The notes under the pieces were generated by a model. That model was given only the letters and a program-made list of their open reading frames with translations. It searched no databases and was not told the DNA's origin. Source: a virus. Taken from it: a stretch of DNA of 64,000 nucleotides. Location: positions 7,197-71,196 of IMG/VR virus record IMGVR_UViG_3300025617_000015; one strand, given 5' to 3'. The position numbers and the translations under genes were made by a program. The number at the start of each line of letters is the position of its first letter. Position 1 is the first letter of the stretch. This document shows, in pieces, positions 55,500-63,633 of the stretch.

Positions 55500-57092
55500 A
55501 TGGCAAAATCATTAGACGGTGTACAGATTAAAAAGGCCCATGCGCCACAAAAGTACACATTAGAACAAGTAAAACAACTAGAAGCATGTATGGATCCGAT
55601 CACCGGACCTATGTTTTTTGCTAAGACTTTTTTAAGCATACAACACCCAGTTAGAGGAAGCATACCATTTCAACCTTACGGGTTTCAAGAAGGATTAATC
55701 CAAGCATACGCTGAGAACAAGCAATGTATTGCGATGTTGCCTAGACAGATGGGCAAGACAACATGTGCAGTTGCTTACTTGTTATGGTACACAATGTTTG
55801 TACCAGACTGTCAAGTGCTAATCGCCGCCCATAAATATGATGGTGCAAAAGATATTATGGATAGATATCGATTTGCTTATGAAAATCTTCCAGACTTTAT
55901 TCGTGCAGGAATTTATACATATAACAGAAATACTATTGAATATGATAATGGTGCAAGAATACAAGCAACTACTACAACAGAAAATACCGGACGTGGTAAA
56001 TCATTATCGTTAATATATTGTGACGAGTTTGCATTTGTTCAACCGCCTGAAAAAGCCAAAGAATTCTGGACTGCACTATCACCTACGCTGGCAACAGGCG
56101 GTAAGTGTATTATTACATCAACACCAAACAGTGACGAAGATCAGTTTGCTCTTATATGGACCGAAGCTAATAAACGATTCGACGATCACGGTAACGAGTC
56201 GGCAGTTGGATTAAACGGTTTTGCTCCATACTTTGCACATTGGAGCGAGCATCCAGATAGAGATGACGAATGGGCAAGAGTAGAACAAGCAAAGATTGGC
56301 GAACAACGTTTCCGTCGTGAGTTTGAATGTGAGTTCTTGATCTTTGATGAGACTCTTATTAATAGTGTTAAACTTGCAGAACTTGAAGGCAGAGAGCCTA
56401 AATTTAATATGGGGCAAACACGTTGGTATAAGGATATTAATCCAAAGTCTACATACCTTATATCATTAGATCCGTCATTGGGTACAGGCGGAGATTATGC
56501 CGCAATACAAGTGTTTGAAATGCCGTCTATGGAACAGGTAGCCGAATGGCGCCACAACACAACACCAGTACAACAGCAAGTAAGACATCTAAGAGATATC
56601 ATAAAATATATACACGAGCAATGTGCCGAAAAAGGCAACAGCTCAGGAAATAATATTTACTATAGTGTAGAAAATAATACACTAGGCGAAGCCGCCTTAG
56701 TAGTAATAAACGATATCGGCGAAGATAACTTCCACGGTTTATTCTTAAGCGAGCCAATTAGACGGGGTCATGTAAGAAAGTTCCGCAAAGGTTTCAATAC
56801 AACTCATAAATCAAAAATTACAGTATGTTCAAAATTTAAAAATTTATTAGAAACAAATAAAATGAAACTTAACAGTAAGCCGTTAATATCAGAACTAAAA
56901 ACATTTATTGCAACTGGAGTAAGTTTTAACGCAAAATCTGGCGAACATGATGACTTAGTATCTGCAACATTGCTAGCGGTTAGGATGGCAGATGTTTTAG
57001 CAGACTGGGATCCTAAGATTTATGACAAGATGACTGAAAAAGTATCGGAAGAAGAACTTCCATTACCGGTATTCATTAGTACAGGATTTTGA
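55500..57092 (+). CDS. gp17: terminase large subunit (T4 gp17-like)
   Basis: Walker A PRQMGKTT, GRG, Walker B IYCDEFAFV, ITSTPN, FRREFECEF, nuclease LDPSLGTGGDY and HDDLV. Start moved to ATG 55500. Confidence 0.95.
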   Translation: MAKSLDGVQIKKAHAPQKYTLEQVKQLEACMDPITGPMFFAKTFLSIQHPVRGSIPFQPYGFQEGLIQAYAENKQCIAMLPRQMGKTTCAVAYLLWYTMFVPDCQVLIAAHKYDGAKDIMDRYRFAYENLPDFIRAGIYTYNRNTIEYDNGARIQATTTTENTGRGKSLSLIYCDEFAFVQPPEKAKEFWTALSPTLATGGKCIITSTPNSDEDQFALIWTEANKRFDDHGNESAVGLNGFAPYFAHWSEHPDRDDEWARVEQAKIGEQRFRREFECEFLIFDETLINSVKLAELEGREPKFNMGQTRWYKDINPKSTYLISLDPSLGTGGDYAAIQVFEMPSMEQVAEWRHNTTPVQQQVRHLRDIIKYIHEQCAEKGNSSGNNIYYSVENNTLGEAALVVINDIGEDNFHGLFLSEPIRRGHVRKFRKGFNTTHKSKITVCSKFKNLLETNKMKLNSKPLISELKTFIATGVSFNAKSGEHDDLVSATLLAVRMADVLADWDPKIYDKMTEKVSEEELPLPVFISTGF

Positions 57093-57103
57093 TAAATATT
57101 ATT

Positions 57104-59302
57104 ATGGACGCAACAAGCAATATAGCCACAGATTTATTTTATAAGATTAGAAGCCGTTTCACTAATTTAAAGTTAGGCGAAAATACTGGCGAAATCACCA
57201 TTAATCCAGAGGATGCAAGATTCTTTGATTTTGATTATACAGAAAACGATAAAATTATTGGACATGTTAGTATTAGTTTAGCTGAATCGAGCAGTTTAAA
57301 GATTTACTTCTCGACAGGAATTACTGAAGGCATGGATGACGGACAGAAAGATGGCTGGTATAGTTTTCTAAGAGAAATGCGCTTGTTTGCAAAACGCAGA
57401 CTTATGAGTTTTGATACACGTGATGTTGCAAAAGATATGTTAGATCAAAGAGACTACGCTTTTTTAAGTCAGCACTCTACACCAAAACCAGTTTCAAATG
57501 ATACAATTACAAAGCCTGTCGGAGAAGGAATGATGAACGAAAGTAACATGTATGGTACAAAAAAACAGAGTTATCAGAACCTGTTAGATACCAGATTAAT
57601 TATTAAGCATAATAAAACGCTAGAAGATGATAGTGTGCCTGGCGCAAGATCGAGAAATATTGGCGCATTATTTGTTGAAAACGAACAAGGCGAAAGATTC
57701 AAGTATCCATTTATTCATCTATCAGGTGCAAAGGCAATGCAACGACATGTTGCCAATGGTGGACTTCCATACGATGATATTGGTAAAAGTCTTATTAAAA
57801 TGAGCGAAGATATTGCACAATTGAAGAATTTTAGTAACTATGTAGTGCGTAATGACTTAATGAATTCCGACAATAATTCTGTTGTAGAACGCAGTACGAT
57901 GCAGTTAGAAAATTTAAAGAAACAAATTAAACAGCTTTCTAAGCAAGCACACTATGAGGCATATGTTGAAAACTTTATGGTATCTGATGCTGTTGAAGTA
58001 CCCGACGAAGTACTAGAGCAATATACCGAACAATTTACAGTAAAGAATTTCAAAGAAGATATTAAAGATGTATTTCCTATCTTGTATCGTTTAACTCAAG
58101 AGCAAAGGTCCGAAGACGTTGTAGGCTACGACGACATAGTCGAAATGACCGATAGGCAGGAAGAAGATATTGCTAACGAGGGAGAAAGCCCGGAAGTAAC
58201 AGATTTTATGACTAACATTGCTAACAGCGATGACGGTTACGAATTAATGGATCAAGGCCTAGACGGACAGCACGGCCCTGAAATCCAAAAAGAATTACAA
58301 AGAATGTATGATGACGTTGCAGTGGATCATGGATATCACGGAGACGACGACTTTGAAAAAATTCATGATCGTATGATAGACAATATCACAGACGATTACG
58401 GCACTAACGAAGGCAACGAAGAGTTAGGAATGTTTAGTAAGTTTGAAAACTGGGCAATGAACCTAGGTGAAGAATCACCTTTGACACTAGCAGACGAAGG
58501 CGAAAAAGAAGACTTAATTAATAAATTAAATAAACTTGTAGGTGATCATTTTCCAGCTGGAATTGATGGCAAAAATGCAATCAACAGCTTGCAGGGTATT
58601 ATTGAAGATCCTAGATTAGAAACTGAGATTAAAAAGCAAGCAGAAAAAGATCCTGACGGGTGTGTTAGAGGTTTAGTTAAATCATGGATCGAAGAAAATG
58701 ATCCAGACACTTTACCAAAGTTAGACTTTGGCGATTTTGTCGACGAGCCAGCAGTTGAAGAAGGAATGGATCCTGCTAAAGAGCAAGAAGTTATGAAACT
58801 GTTTAAAGATTTTGACGAACAAGCAAACGAGATCGGCGCATACGGAGATCCAGATGTCAAGAAAGCGATGGCGCTAGTACAAGCTGGAAAAATTGAAGAT
58901 GCTTCTGAAGAAATTGCTAATGCTTATGCAGACCAAGACGGCGGCGAAGTTAATGATATAGAAGGCATGTACACTGATCTAGTTCAGGACTTATTGTATG
59001 TAACTGGAGCATCTGGTACAACTGAAGGCAATATTGAAAGTCAAAACAAACAAATGAATGTTAAAGAAGTAGCTGAATTTATTTTTAGTTTTTATGATAA
59101 AGCATCTGAAACATTTCCAAAAGGACCGGAAGGCGTATGCACAATGGTAGGTAAGAAGTTTGGCGAACAGGCAGAACAAGTTGCTCGCAAGTTAGTTGAG
59201 CGTATGGCACCAGAACAAGAAGCAGGAGCAGAAGCAGTAGAGGCATCTGCTCAAGAAGAACACGACGAGTTAGATAGAATTAAATCTTTATCAGGCATGT
59301 AA
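57104..59302 (+). CDS. large acidic protein of unknown function, candidate internal head protein
   Basis: Start ATG 57104 lies 5 nt after TAAATA. Acidic modules are punctuated by xxE-G/S sites. The C-terminus LDRIKSLSGM resembles the scaffold C-terminus. Confidence 0.6.
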   Translation: MDATSNIATDLFYKIRSRFTNLKLGENTGEITINPEDARFFDFDYTENDKIIGHVSISLAESSSLKIYFSTGITEGMDDGQKDGWYSFLREMRLFAKRRLMSFDTRDVAKDMLDQRDYAFLSQHSTPKPVSNDTITKPVGEGMMNESNMYGTKKQSYQNLLDTRLIIKHNKTLEDDSVPGARSRNIGALFVENEQGERFKYPFIHLSGAKAMQRHVANGGLPYDDIGKSLIKMSEDIAQLKNFSNYVVRNDLMNSDNNSVVERSTMQLENLKKQIKQLSKQAHYEAYVENFMVSDAVEVPDEVLEQYTEQFTVKNFKEDIKDVFPILYRLTQEQRSEDVVGYDDIVEMTDRQEEDIANEGESPEVTDFMTNIANSDDGYELMDQGLDGQHGPEIQKELQRMYDDVAVDHGYHGDDDFEKIHDRMIDNITDDYGTNEGNEELGMFSKFENWAMNLGEESPLTLADEGEKEDLINKLNKLVGDHFPAGIDGKNAINSLQGIIEDPRLETEIKKQAEKDPDGCVRGLVKSWIEENDPDTLPKLDFGDFVDEPAVEEGMDPAKEQEVMKLFKDFDEQANEIGAYGDPDVKKAMALVQAGKIEDASEEIANAYADQDGGEVNDIEGMYTDLVQDLLYVTGASGTTEGNIESQNKQMNVKEVAEFIFSFYDKASETFPKGPEGVCTMVGKKFGEQAEQVARKLVERMAPEQEAGAEAVEASAQEEHDELDRIKSLSGM

Positions 59303-59310
59303 CATCAGAT

Positions 59311-59338
59311 TAGAAAGGACAATAATTTGTCCTTTCTA
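59311..59338 (+). terminator. strong hairpin, probable terminator
   Basis: tagaaaggacaa-taat-ttgtcctttcta (12-bp stem) followed by T-rich sequence. Confidence 0.7.
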
Positions 59339-59370
59339 TAAGTTTTTATGTTTTTTCTTTAAAAAAAGAC

Positions 59371-59399
59371 TTGACTTTGTGAGTAGTTGGTAGTATTAT
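59371..59399 (+). promoter_or_regulatory. sigma-70-like promoter for the gp32-uvsX-uvsY operon
   Basis: TTGACT, 17-nt spacer, TATTAT, with an A/T-rich UP-like element upstream. Confidence 0.75.
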
Positions 59400-59483
59400 A
59401 TATACTGTGCTACAAACAAATAAGGCACAAACGTAGCAATGTAGCTACATAGCATATAGGCATTATATAGGAGAAAAGGCACT

Positions 59484-60491
59484 ATGGCATCATTAGCAGA
59501 AATCCGCGCAAAACTTCAAGAAGCGCAAAACAACACAGGCGGAAATCGTCAATCAGGTGGCGATAACGCAATTTACCCACATTGGAATATTCAAGAAGGA
59601 CAAGAGTCCGTAGTTCGTTTCCTACCCGATGGTGATACGAATAATACTTTCTTTTGGGTAGAACGTGCAATGATTAAACTACCATTTGCAGGTATCAAAG
59701 GTGAAACCGACAGTCGAAATGTACAGGTACAAGTACCGTGTGTGGAGATGTATAACGATGGTACAACATGTCCAATTTTGACAGAAGTACGTCCGTGGTT
59801 TAAAGATAAGTCACTCGAAGATATGGGTCGCAAGTACTGGAAAAAGCGTTCATACATTTTCCAAGGGTTTGTAGCAGACGATCCGTTGAATGAGGAAACA
59901 CCTTCGAATCCGATTCGTAGATTTATTATTGGTCCGCAAATTTTCCAAATTATTAAAGGTGCATTAATGGACCCCGAATTGGAAGAATTGCCAACTGATT
60001 ACCTACGTGGTGTAGACTTTAGAATTAAGAAAACATCAAAAGGCGGGTATGCAGACTATTCAACTTCAACATGGAGCCGACGTGAGCGTTCATTGACTGA
60101 CGTAGAACAAGCGGCTGTTGAAACAAATGGCTTGTACAACTTGTCAGACTTCCTACCTAAGAAGCCAACGGATGTTGAGCTTAAAGTCATCCATGAAATG
60201 TTTGAAGCGTCAGTAGACGGTGAAGCATATGATCCAGATCGTTGGGGACAATACTATCGTCCTGCAGGAATGGCTCAGCGTACAGGTGATCCAAATACGC
60301 AGAATAACAATGTAGCATCTGCGGCTCCTACGCCAACGCCTACACCAGCAGAAGCACCTGCTCCGGTAGTAGAGGCATCACCGGCACCGGAAGCAACTCC
60401 AGCACCAGCGGCTGAAGCGGCTCCATCCGAAGGTGGCGAAAGCCGAGCACAGGACATTTTAAAAATGATCCGTGAGCGCAAAGGCGAATAA
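59484..60491 (+). CDS. gp32: single-stranded DNA-binding protein (T4 gp32-like)
   Basis: VRFLPD..FW..PC...CPI..KY..KRSY..G.DF.IKK..GGYADYSTS, Pro/Ala linker, adjacent to uvsX. Confidence 0.88.
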   Translation: MASLAEIRAKLQEAQNNTGGNRQSGGDNAIYPHWNIQEGQESVVRFLPDGDTNNTFFWVERAMIKLPFAGIKGETDSRNVQVQVPCVEMYNDGTTCPILTEVRPWFKDKSLEDMGRKYWKKRSYIFQGFVADDPLNEETPSNPIRRFIIGPQIFQIIKGALMDPELEELPTDYLRGVDFRIKKTSKGGYADYSTSTWSRRERSLTDVEQAAVETNGLYNLSDFLPKKPTDVELKVIHEMFEASVDGEAYDPDRWGQYYRPAGMAQRTGDPNTQNNNVASAAPTPTPTPAEAPAPVVEASPAPEATPAPAAEAAPSEGGESRAQDILKMIRERKGE

Positions 60492-60498
60492 TACTAAA

Positions 60499-60525
60499 AG
60501 GGTTGCATTTAGTAGATGCAACCCT
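60499..60525 (+). other. 12-bp intergenic hairpin without a U tract
   Basis: agggttgcattt-agt-agatgcaaccct, between gp32 and uvsX. Confidence 0.6.
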
Positions 60526-60561
60526 ATTCAGTTGCCCAGCTTTTTAGATTAGGAGATTAAC

Positions 60562-61662
60562 ATGGCTAAAGCATTCGACGTATCAAAATTTAGAAAAGAC
60601 ATTACTAAAAGCATTACAGGCATGAGTGCCGGCTTTAACGATCCTACTGATTGGATCTCAACAGGCTCATATGCATTAAACTATCTTATTAGTGGAGACT
60701 TCCACCGAGGAGTGCCACTAGGTAAGGTAACAGTGTTTGCCGGTGAATCAGGCGCAGGCAAATCATATTTCTGTGCAGGTAACATTGTAAAACACGCACA
60801 GGATCAAGGCATCTTTGTAGTACTAATTGACTCAGAGAACGCACTTGACGAAAGCTGGCTACAAGCTCTCGATGTTGACACAGGAGAAGATAAACTTCTT
60901 AAACTTAACATGTCAATGATTGATGATGTAGCAAAAACTATTTCAACATTCATGGCAGACTATAAAGCTATGGACGAAGAAGATCGTCCTAAGGTACTGT
61001 TTGTAGTTGATAGTTTGGGTATGTTGCTAACACCTACAGATGTTGATCAGTTTAACAAAGGTGATATGAAAGGTGATATGGGTCGTAAGCCTAAAGCACT
61101 AACATCGCTTGTACGTAATACAGTTAACATGATCGGCAGTTATAATGTAGGATTAGTATGTACTAACCACACTTATGCATCGCAGGATATGTTTGATCCA
61201 GATGACAAGATTAGTGGCGGACAGGGTTTTATCTACGCATCAAGTATCGTAGTTGCAATGAAGAAGATGAAACTTAAAGAAGACGAGGCAGGTAACAAGA
61301 TCAGTGAAGTGCGTGGTATCCGTGCTGGCTGTAAAGTTATGAAAACACGTTATGCAAAACCGTTCGAAGGTGTGCAGGTTAAGATTCCTTACGAAACTGG
61401 TATGAATCCTTATAGCGGTCTTATTGAACTATTTGAGAAAAAAGAGTTGTTGGTTAAACAAGGAAACAGACTCAAGTATGTTGATTTAAAAGGCGAAGAA
61501 CATATTGAATATCGTAAGGCATGGATGGCTCCTGAAAAAATGGATCTAATTATGTCGGAATATGAAGAAAAAACTAAACCTGCGGTAAATACCGATGATA
61601 TAACATTAGACGATGAACCCATCGAAGAAAATGAAGTTGATATCGTTACTACCGGAGAATAA
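60562..61662 (+). CDS. uvsX: RecA-like recombinase UvsX
   Basis: ISTGSYALN, Walker A GESGAGKS, IDSENALD, VVDSLG, NHTY, SGG.G..YASS, KTRY.KPF. Confidence 0.93.
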   Translation: MAKAFDVSKFRKDITKSITGMSAGFNDPTDWISTGSYALNYLISGDFHRGVPLGKVTVFAGESGAGKSYFCAGNIVKHAQDQGIFVVLIDSENALDESWLQALDVDTGEDKLLKLNMSMIDDVAKTISTFMADYKAMDEEDRPKVLFVVDSLGMLLTPTDVDQFNKGDMKGDMGRKPKALTSLVRNTVNMIGSYNVGLVCTNHTYASQDMFDPDDKISGGQGFIYASSIVVAMKKMKLKEDEAGNKISEVRGIRAGCKVMKTRYAKPFEGVQVKIPYETGMNPYSGLIELFEKKELLVKQGNRLKYVDLKGEEHIEYRKAWMAPEKMDLIMSEYEEKTKPAVNTDDITLDDEPIEENEVDIVTTGE

Positions 61663-61664
61663 AA

Positions 61665-61910
61665 ATGAAAGCAGATCTCATTGCAGATTTATGGAGTGTT
61701 ACTAGTGAACACTTACCAGAAAAAGTAAAAACTACTGTAGCACAAGAATTTGTAACCGTGCTACTTGATTATGGAGTTAGTGATTCGGATATTGAAGGAT
61801 TGCTTGGCATTGATGTACATTTAGATGGTGCTGTAGAATATGCAATTGATGATAGTGAAACTCATGCATCGTATGATGATGACGATGATGACGAAGAAGA
61901 ATGGGATTAA
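61665..61910 (+). CDS. hypothetical acidic protein
   Basis: 81 aa, GGAG RBS, poly-Asp tail. Confidence 0.65.
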   Translation: MKADLIADLWSVTSEHLPEKVKTTVAQEFVTVLLDYGVSDSDIEGLLGIDVHLDGAVEYAIDDSETHASYDDDDDDEEEWD

Positions 61911-61916
61911 ATTTTG

Positions 61917-62372
61917 ATGAATTGGTATGACGAAGTTTCAAAAGATATTAGCTGTATTCCACAAGCAGTTGATTTCTTTAATACTGAACTTAATGAAGCC
62001 AAAAAAGATACAAAACTATATGGCAATATTGAACGTGCTAGTGCAAATATGCCAGGTATTGTTGAACATCGTTTTAATCAACTTCAAGAAATTGAAGCCA
62101 TTCTAGAATATCTAAACATTGAGCTTCGCCGTTTACGTAGTCAAAATTTTCGCAAATACTTAGAAAACTATCAACGTTCTTTAAGCAGTAGAGATTGTGA
62201 AAAATTTGTAGACGGCGAAGCTGATGTTGTCGACTTTGAAAAGATTATTAATGATTTTGCACTAATTAGAAATAAGTGGTTAGGCATTATCAAAGCGTTA
62301 GATATTAAACAGTGGCAGTTATCAAACATTGTTAAACTGCGTACTGCTGGACTAGATGACGCTAGTCTTTAA
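61917..62372 (+). CDS. uvsY: recombination mediator UvsY-like
   Basis: Helical, KYLENY.R.L..FVDGEADVV..IIKALDIKQWQLSNIVKLR.AG. Lies downstream of uvsX. Confidence 0.75.
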   Translation: MNWYDEVSKDISCIPQAVDFFNTELNEAKKDTKLYGNIERASANMPGIVEHRFNQLQEIEAILEYLNIELRRLRSQNFRKYLENYQRSLSSRDCEKFVDGEADVVDFEKIINDFALIRNKWLGIIKALDIKQWQLSNIVKLRTAGLDDASL

Positions 62373-62544
62373 TCTTTTTCCAATGCATATAATGCTCGTC
62401 AGGCGAAGAACCTAAATACTCTTCGCCTGTTTCGAGATCTATAAGTTTCCACTTGTTCGGACATTTTGTTCGTACATTGAGTACAACAGCTTCTTTTAAT
62501 TCTAAAACTTTTACGCCGTCTTGCAATTCTCTAAAGTTTGCCAT
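62362..62544 (-). CDS. hypothetical protein
   Basis: 60 aa with TKCPNKWKLIDLETGEEY.G. Overlaps the end of the 62531 gene. Confidence 0.6.
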   Translation of the reverse strand: MANFRELQDGVKVLELKEAVVLNVRTKCPNKWKLIDLETGEEYLGSSPDEHYMHWKKIKD

Positions 62545-62941
62545 CTTCTCTCATTTGCTTTCGTATTTTAGTTGCACTGATATCATGTATTTCAGAACCT
62601 AAGTCATGTTCTGTAAAGGTATAACCTACACCTCTCCCATAACTAATATCTACAATATTCGGCACTTCCATAATAATATACTGATCACCATACTCGTAAC
62701 CTGCTTCTAATAATCCAACACGAATGTTTTTCTTTACTACGTTTACATCAAACGGATTATCATCTTGTGTAGCAGTGCGTCCACCACCTGCATCTTCGCC
62801 AACAATGCCGCCAACATTTCGGATCATAATACATACTTGTCCTGTTTCTGCGAGAGCTTTTTTGAATAGTGCTGTGTGACCGTCGTGCCACGGTTGCCAT
62901 CTACCTAACATTTGTGTAGTGGGCTTCTTTGAATCAAACAT
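62531..62941 (-). CDS. HxGH nucleotidyltransferase (cytidyltransferase-like superfamily)
   Basis: GRWQPWHDGH (HIGH-type motif), DNPF, ISATKIR (KMSK-equivalent). Confidence 0.8.
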   Translation of the reverse strand: MFDSKKPTTQMLGRWQPWHDGHTALFKKALAETGQVCIMIRNVGGIVGEDAGGGRTATQDDNPFDVNVVKKNIRVGLLEAGYEYGDQYIIMEVPNIVDISYGRGVGYTFTEHDLGSEIHDISATKIRKQMREDGKL

Positions 62942-63152
62942 CTTTTAAACCATACCTTACGTTGTTGTACCAAATTCGTTCGTGTATATAATACAATACA
63001 AATTTAATAACTAAATCTGCTACAAAAACAGCACCTACTGCTTTTGGAGGCAAACCGAACGAATATGCAATTATTGCTGTCGTTATGCTTGCTATAATCC
63101 GCCAAGTAACTGCTTTTGCTAAATGGCGTTTAGGCGATACTTTATTTTCCAT
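62934..63152 (-). CDS. DUF2061-like small membrane protein
   Basis: RHLAKAVTWRIIAS..K.VLYYIHERIW with two hydrophobic segments. Confidence 0.8.
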   Translation of the reverse strand: MENKVSPKRHLAKAVTWRIIASITTAIIAYSFGLPPKAVGAVFVADLVIKFVLYYIHERIWYNNVRYGLKDV

Positions 63153-63570
63153 CTTCTAAGTACTTAGACACTACTTGCATCAATTGAACATGAGTATCTT
63201 CAAACCACTCAGAAACATGGTAGTCATATTGGGTTTTTTCTAAAGGCACATACATTGCGTTTGTGTCTTCGAATCTTCCTTCCTTGATTGTATCCATCCA
63301 TACTACATAATCTGCACCAAACTCGTCACGTGCTTGTGGTGTAGGAGCAACAAAATCAGCAACAGCAACTCTACCGGCTTTAACTACTCCATCTGCTAAA
63401 TGACGCATACGTTGAGCTTGCCTAATACGACCCTCGGAACTAAAGTCCCAGTCGTTGTACTCTGTTCTTACTTCATCTGCATTAAGATGAACCGCCCCGA
63501 TTAGTTTAGCAAGCGGTTTTGCTAATGTGGTTTTACCACTTCCGGGTAGTCCACAGATTAAAATTTTCAT
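63142..63570 (-). CDS. cysC: adenylylsulfate (APS) kinase-like protein
   Basis: GLPGSGKTTLA P-loop, LNADEVR, DFS.EGRIRQ..R, ADFVAP..R. Shorter than typical cellular CysC. Confidence 0.78.
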   Translation of the reverse strand: MKILICGLPGSGKTTLAKPLAKLIGAVHLNADEVRTEYNDWDFSSEGRIRQAQRMRHLADGVVKAGRVAVADFVAPTPQARDEFGADYVVWMDTIKEGRFEDTNAMYVPLEKTQYDYHVSEWFEDTHVQLMQVVSKYLEDGK

Positions 63571-63597
63571 GATATACCTCTGTTCGGTTGTTAGAAA

Positions 63598-63628
63598 TAT
63601 TTATCAGAATTAACTGCGTACATAAATA
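63598..63628. promoter_or_regulatory. back-to-back late promoter boxes
   Basis: tattta at 63598-63603 (minus) and taaata at 63623-63628 (plus). Confidence 0.65.
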
Positions 63629-63633
63629 TCTAT

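Noticed and set aside
55500-61662. Inteins or introns in terminase, gp32 or UvsX
   Set aside because: Lengths are normal, and no intein splice motifs or frame breaks were seen.
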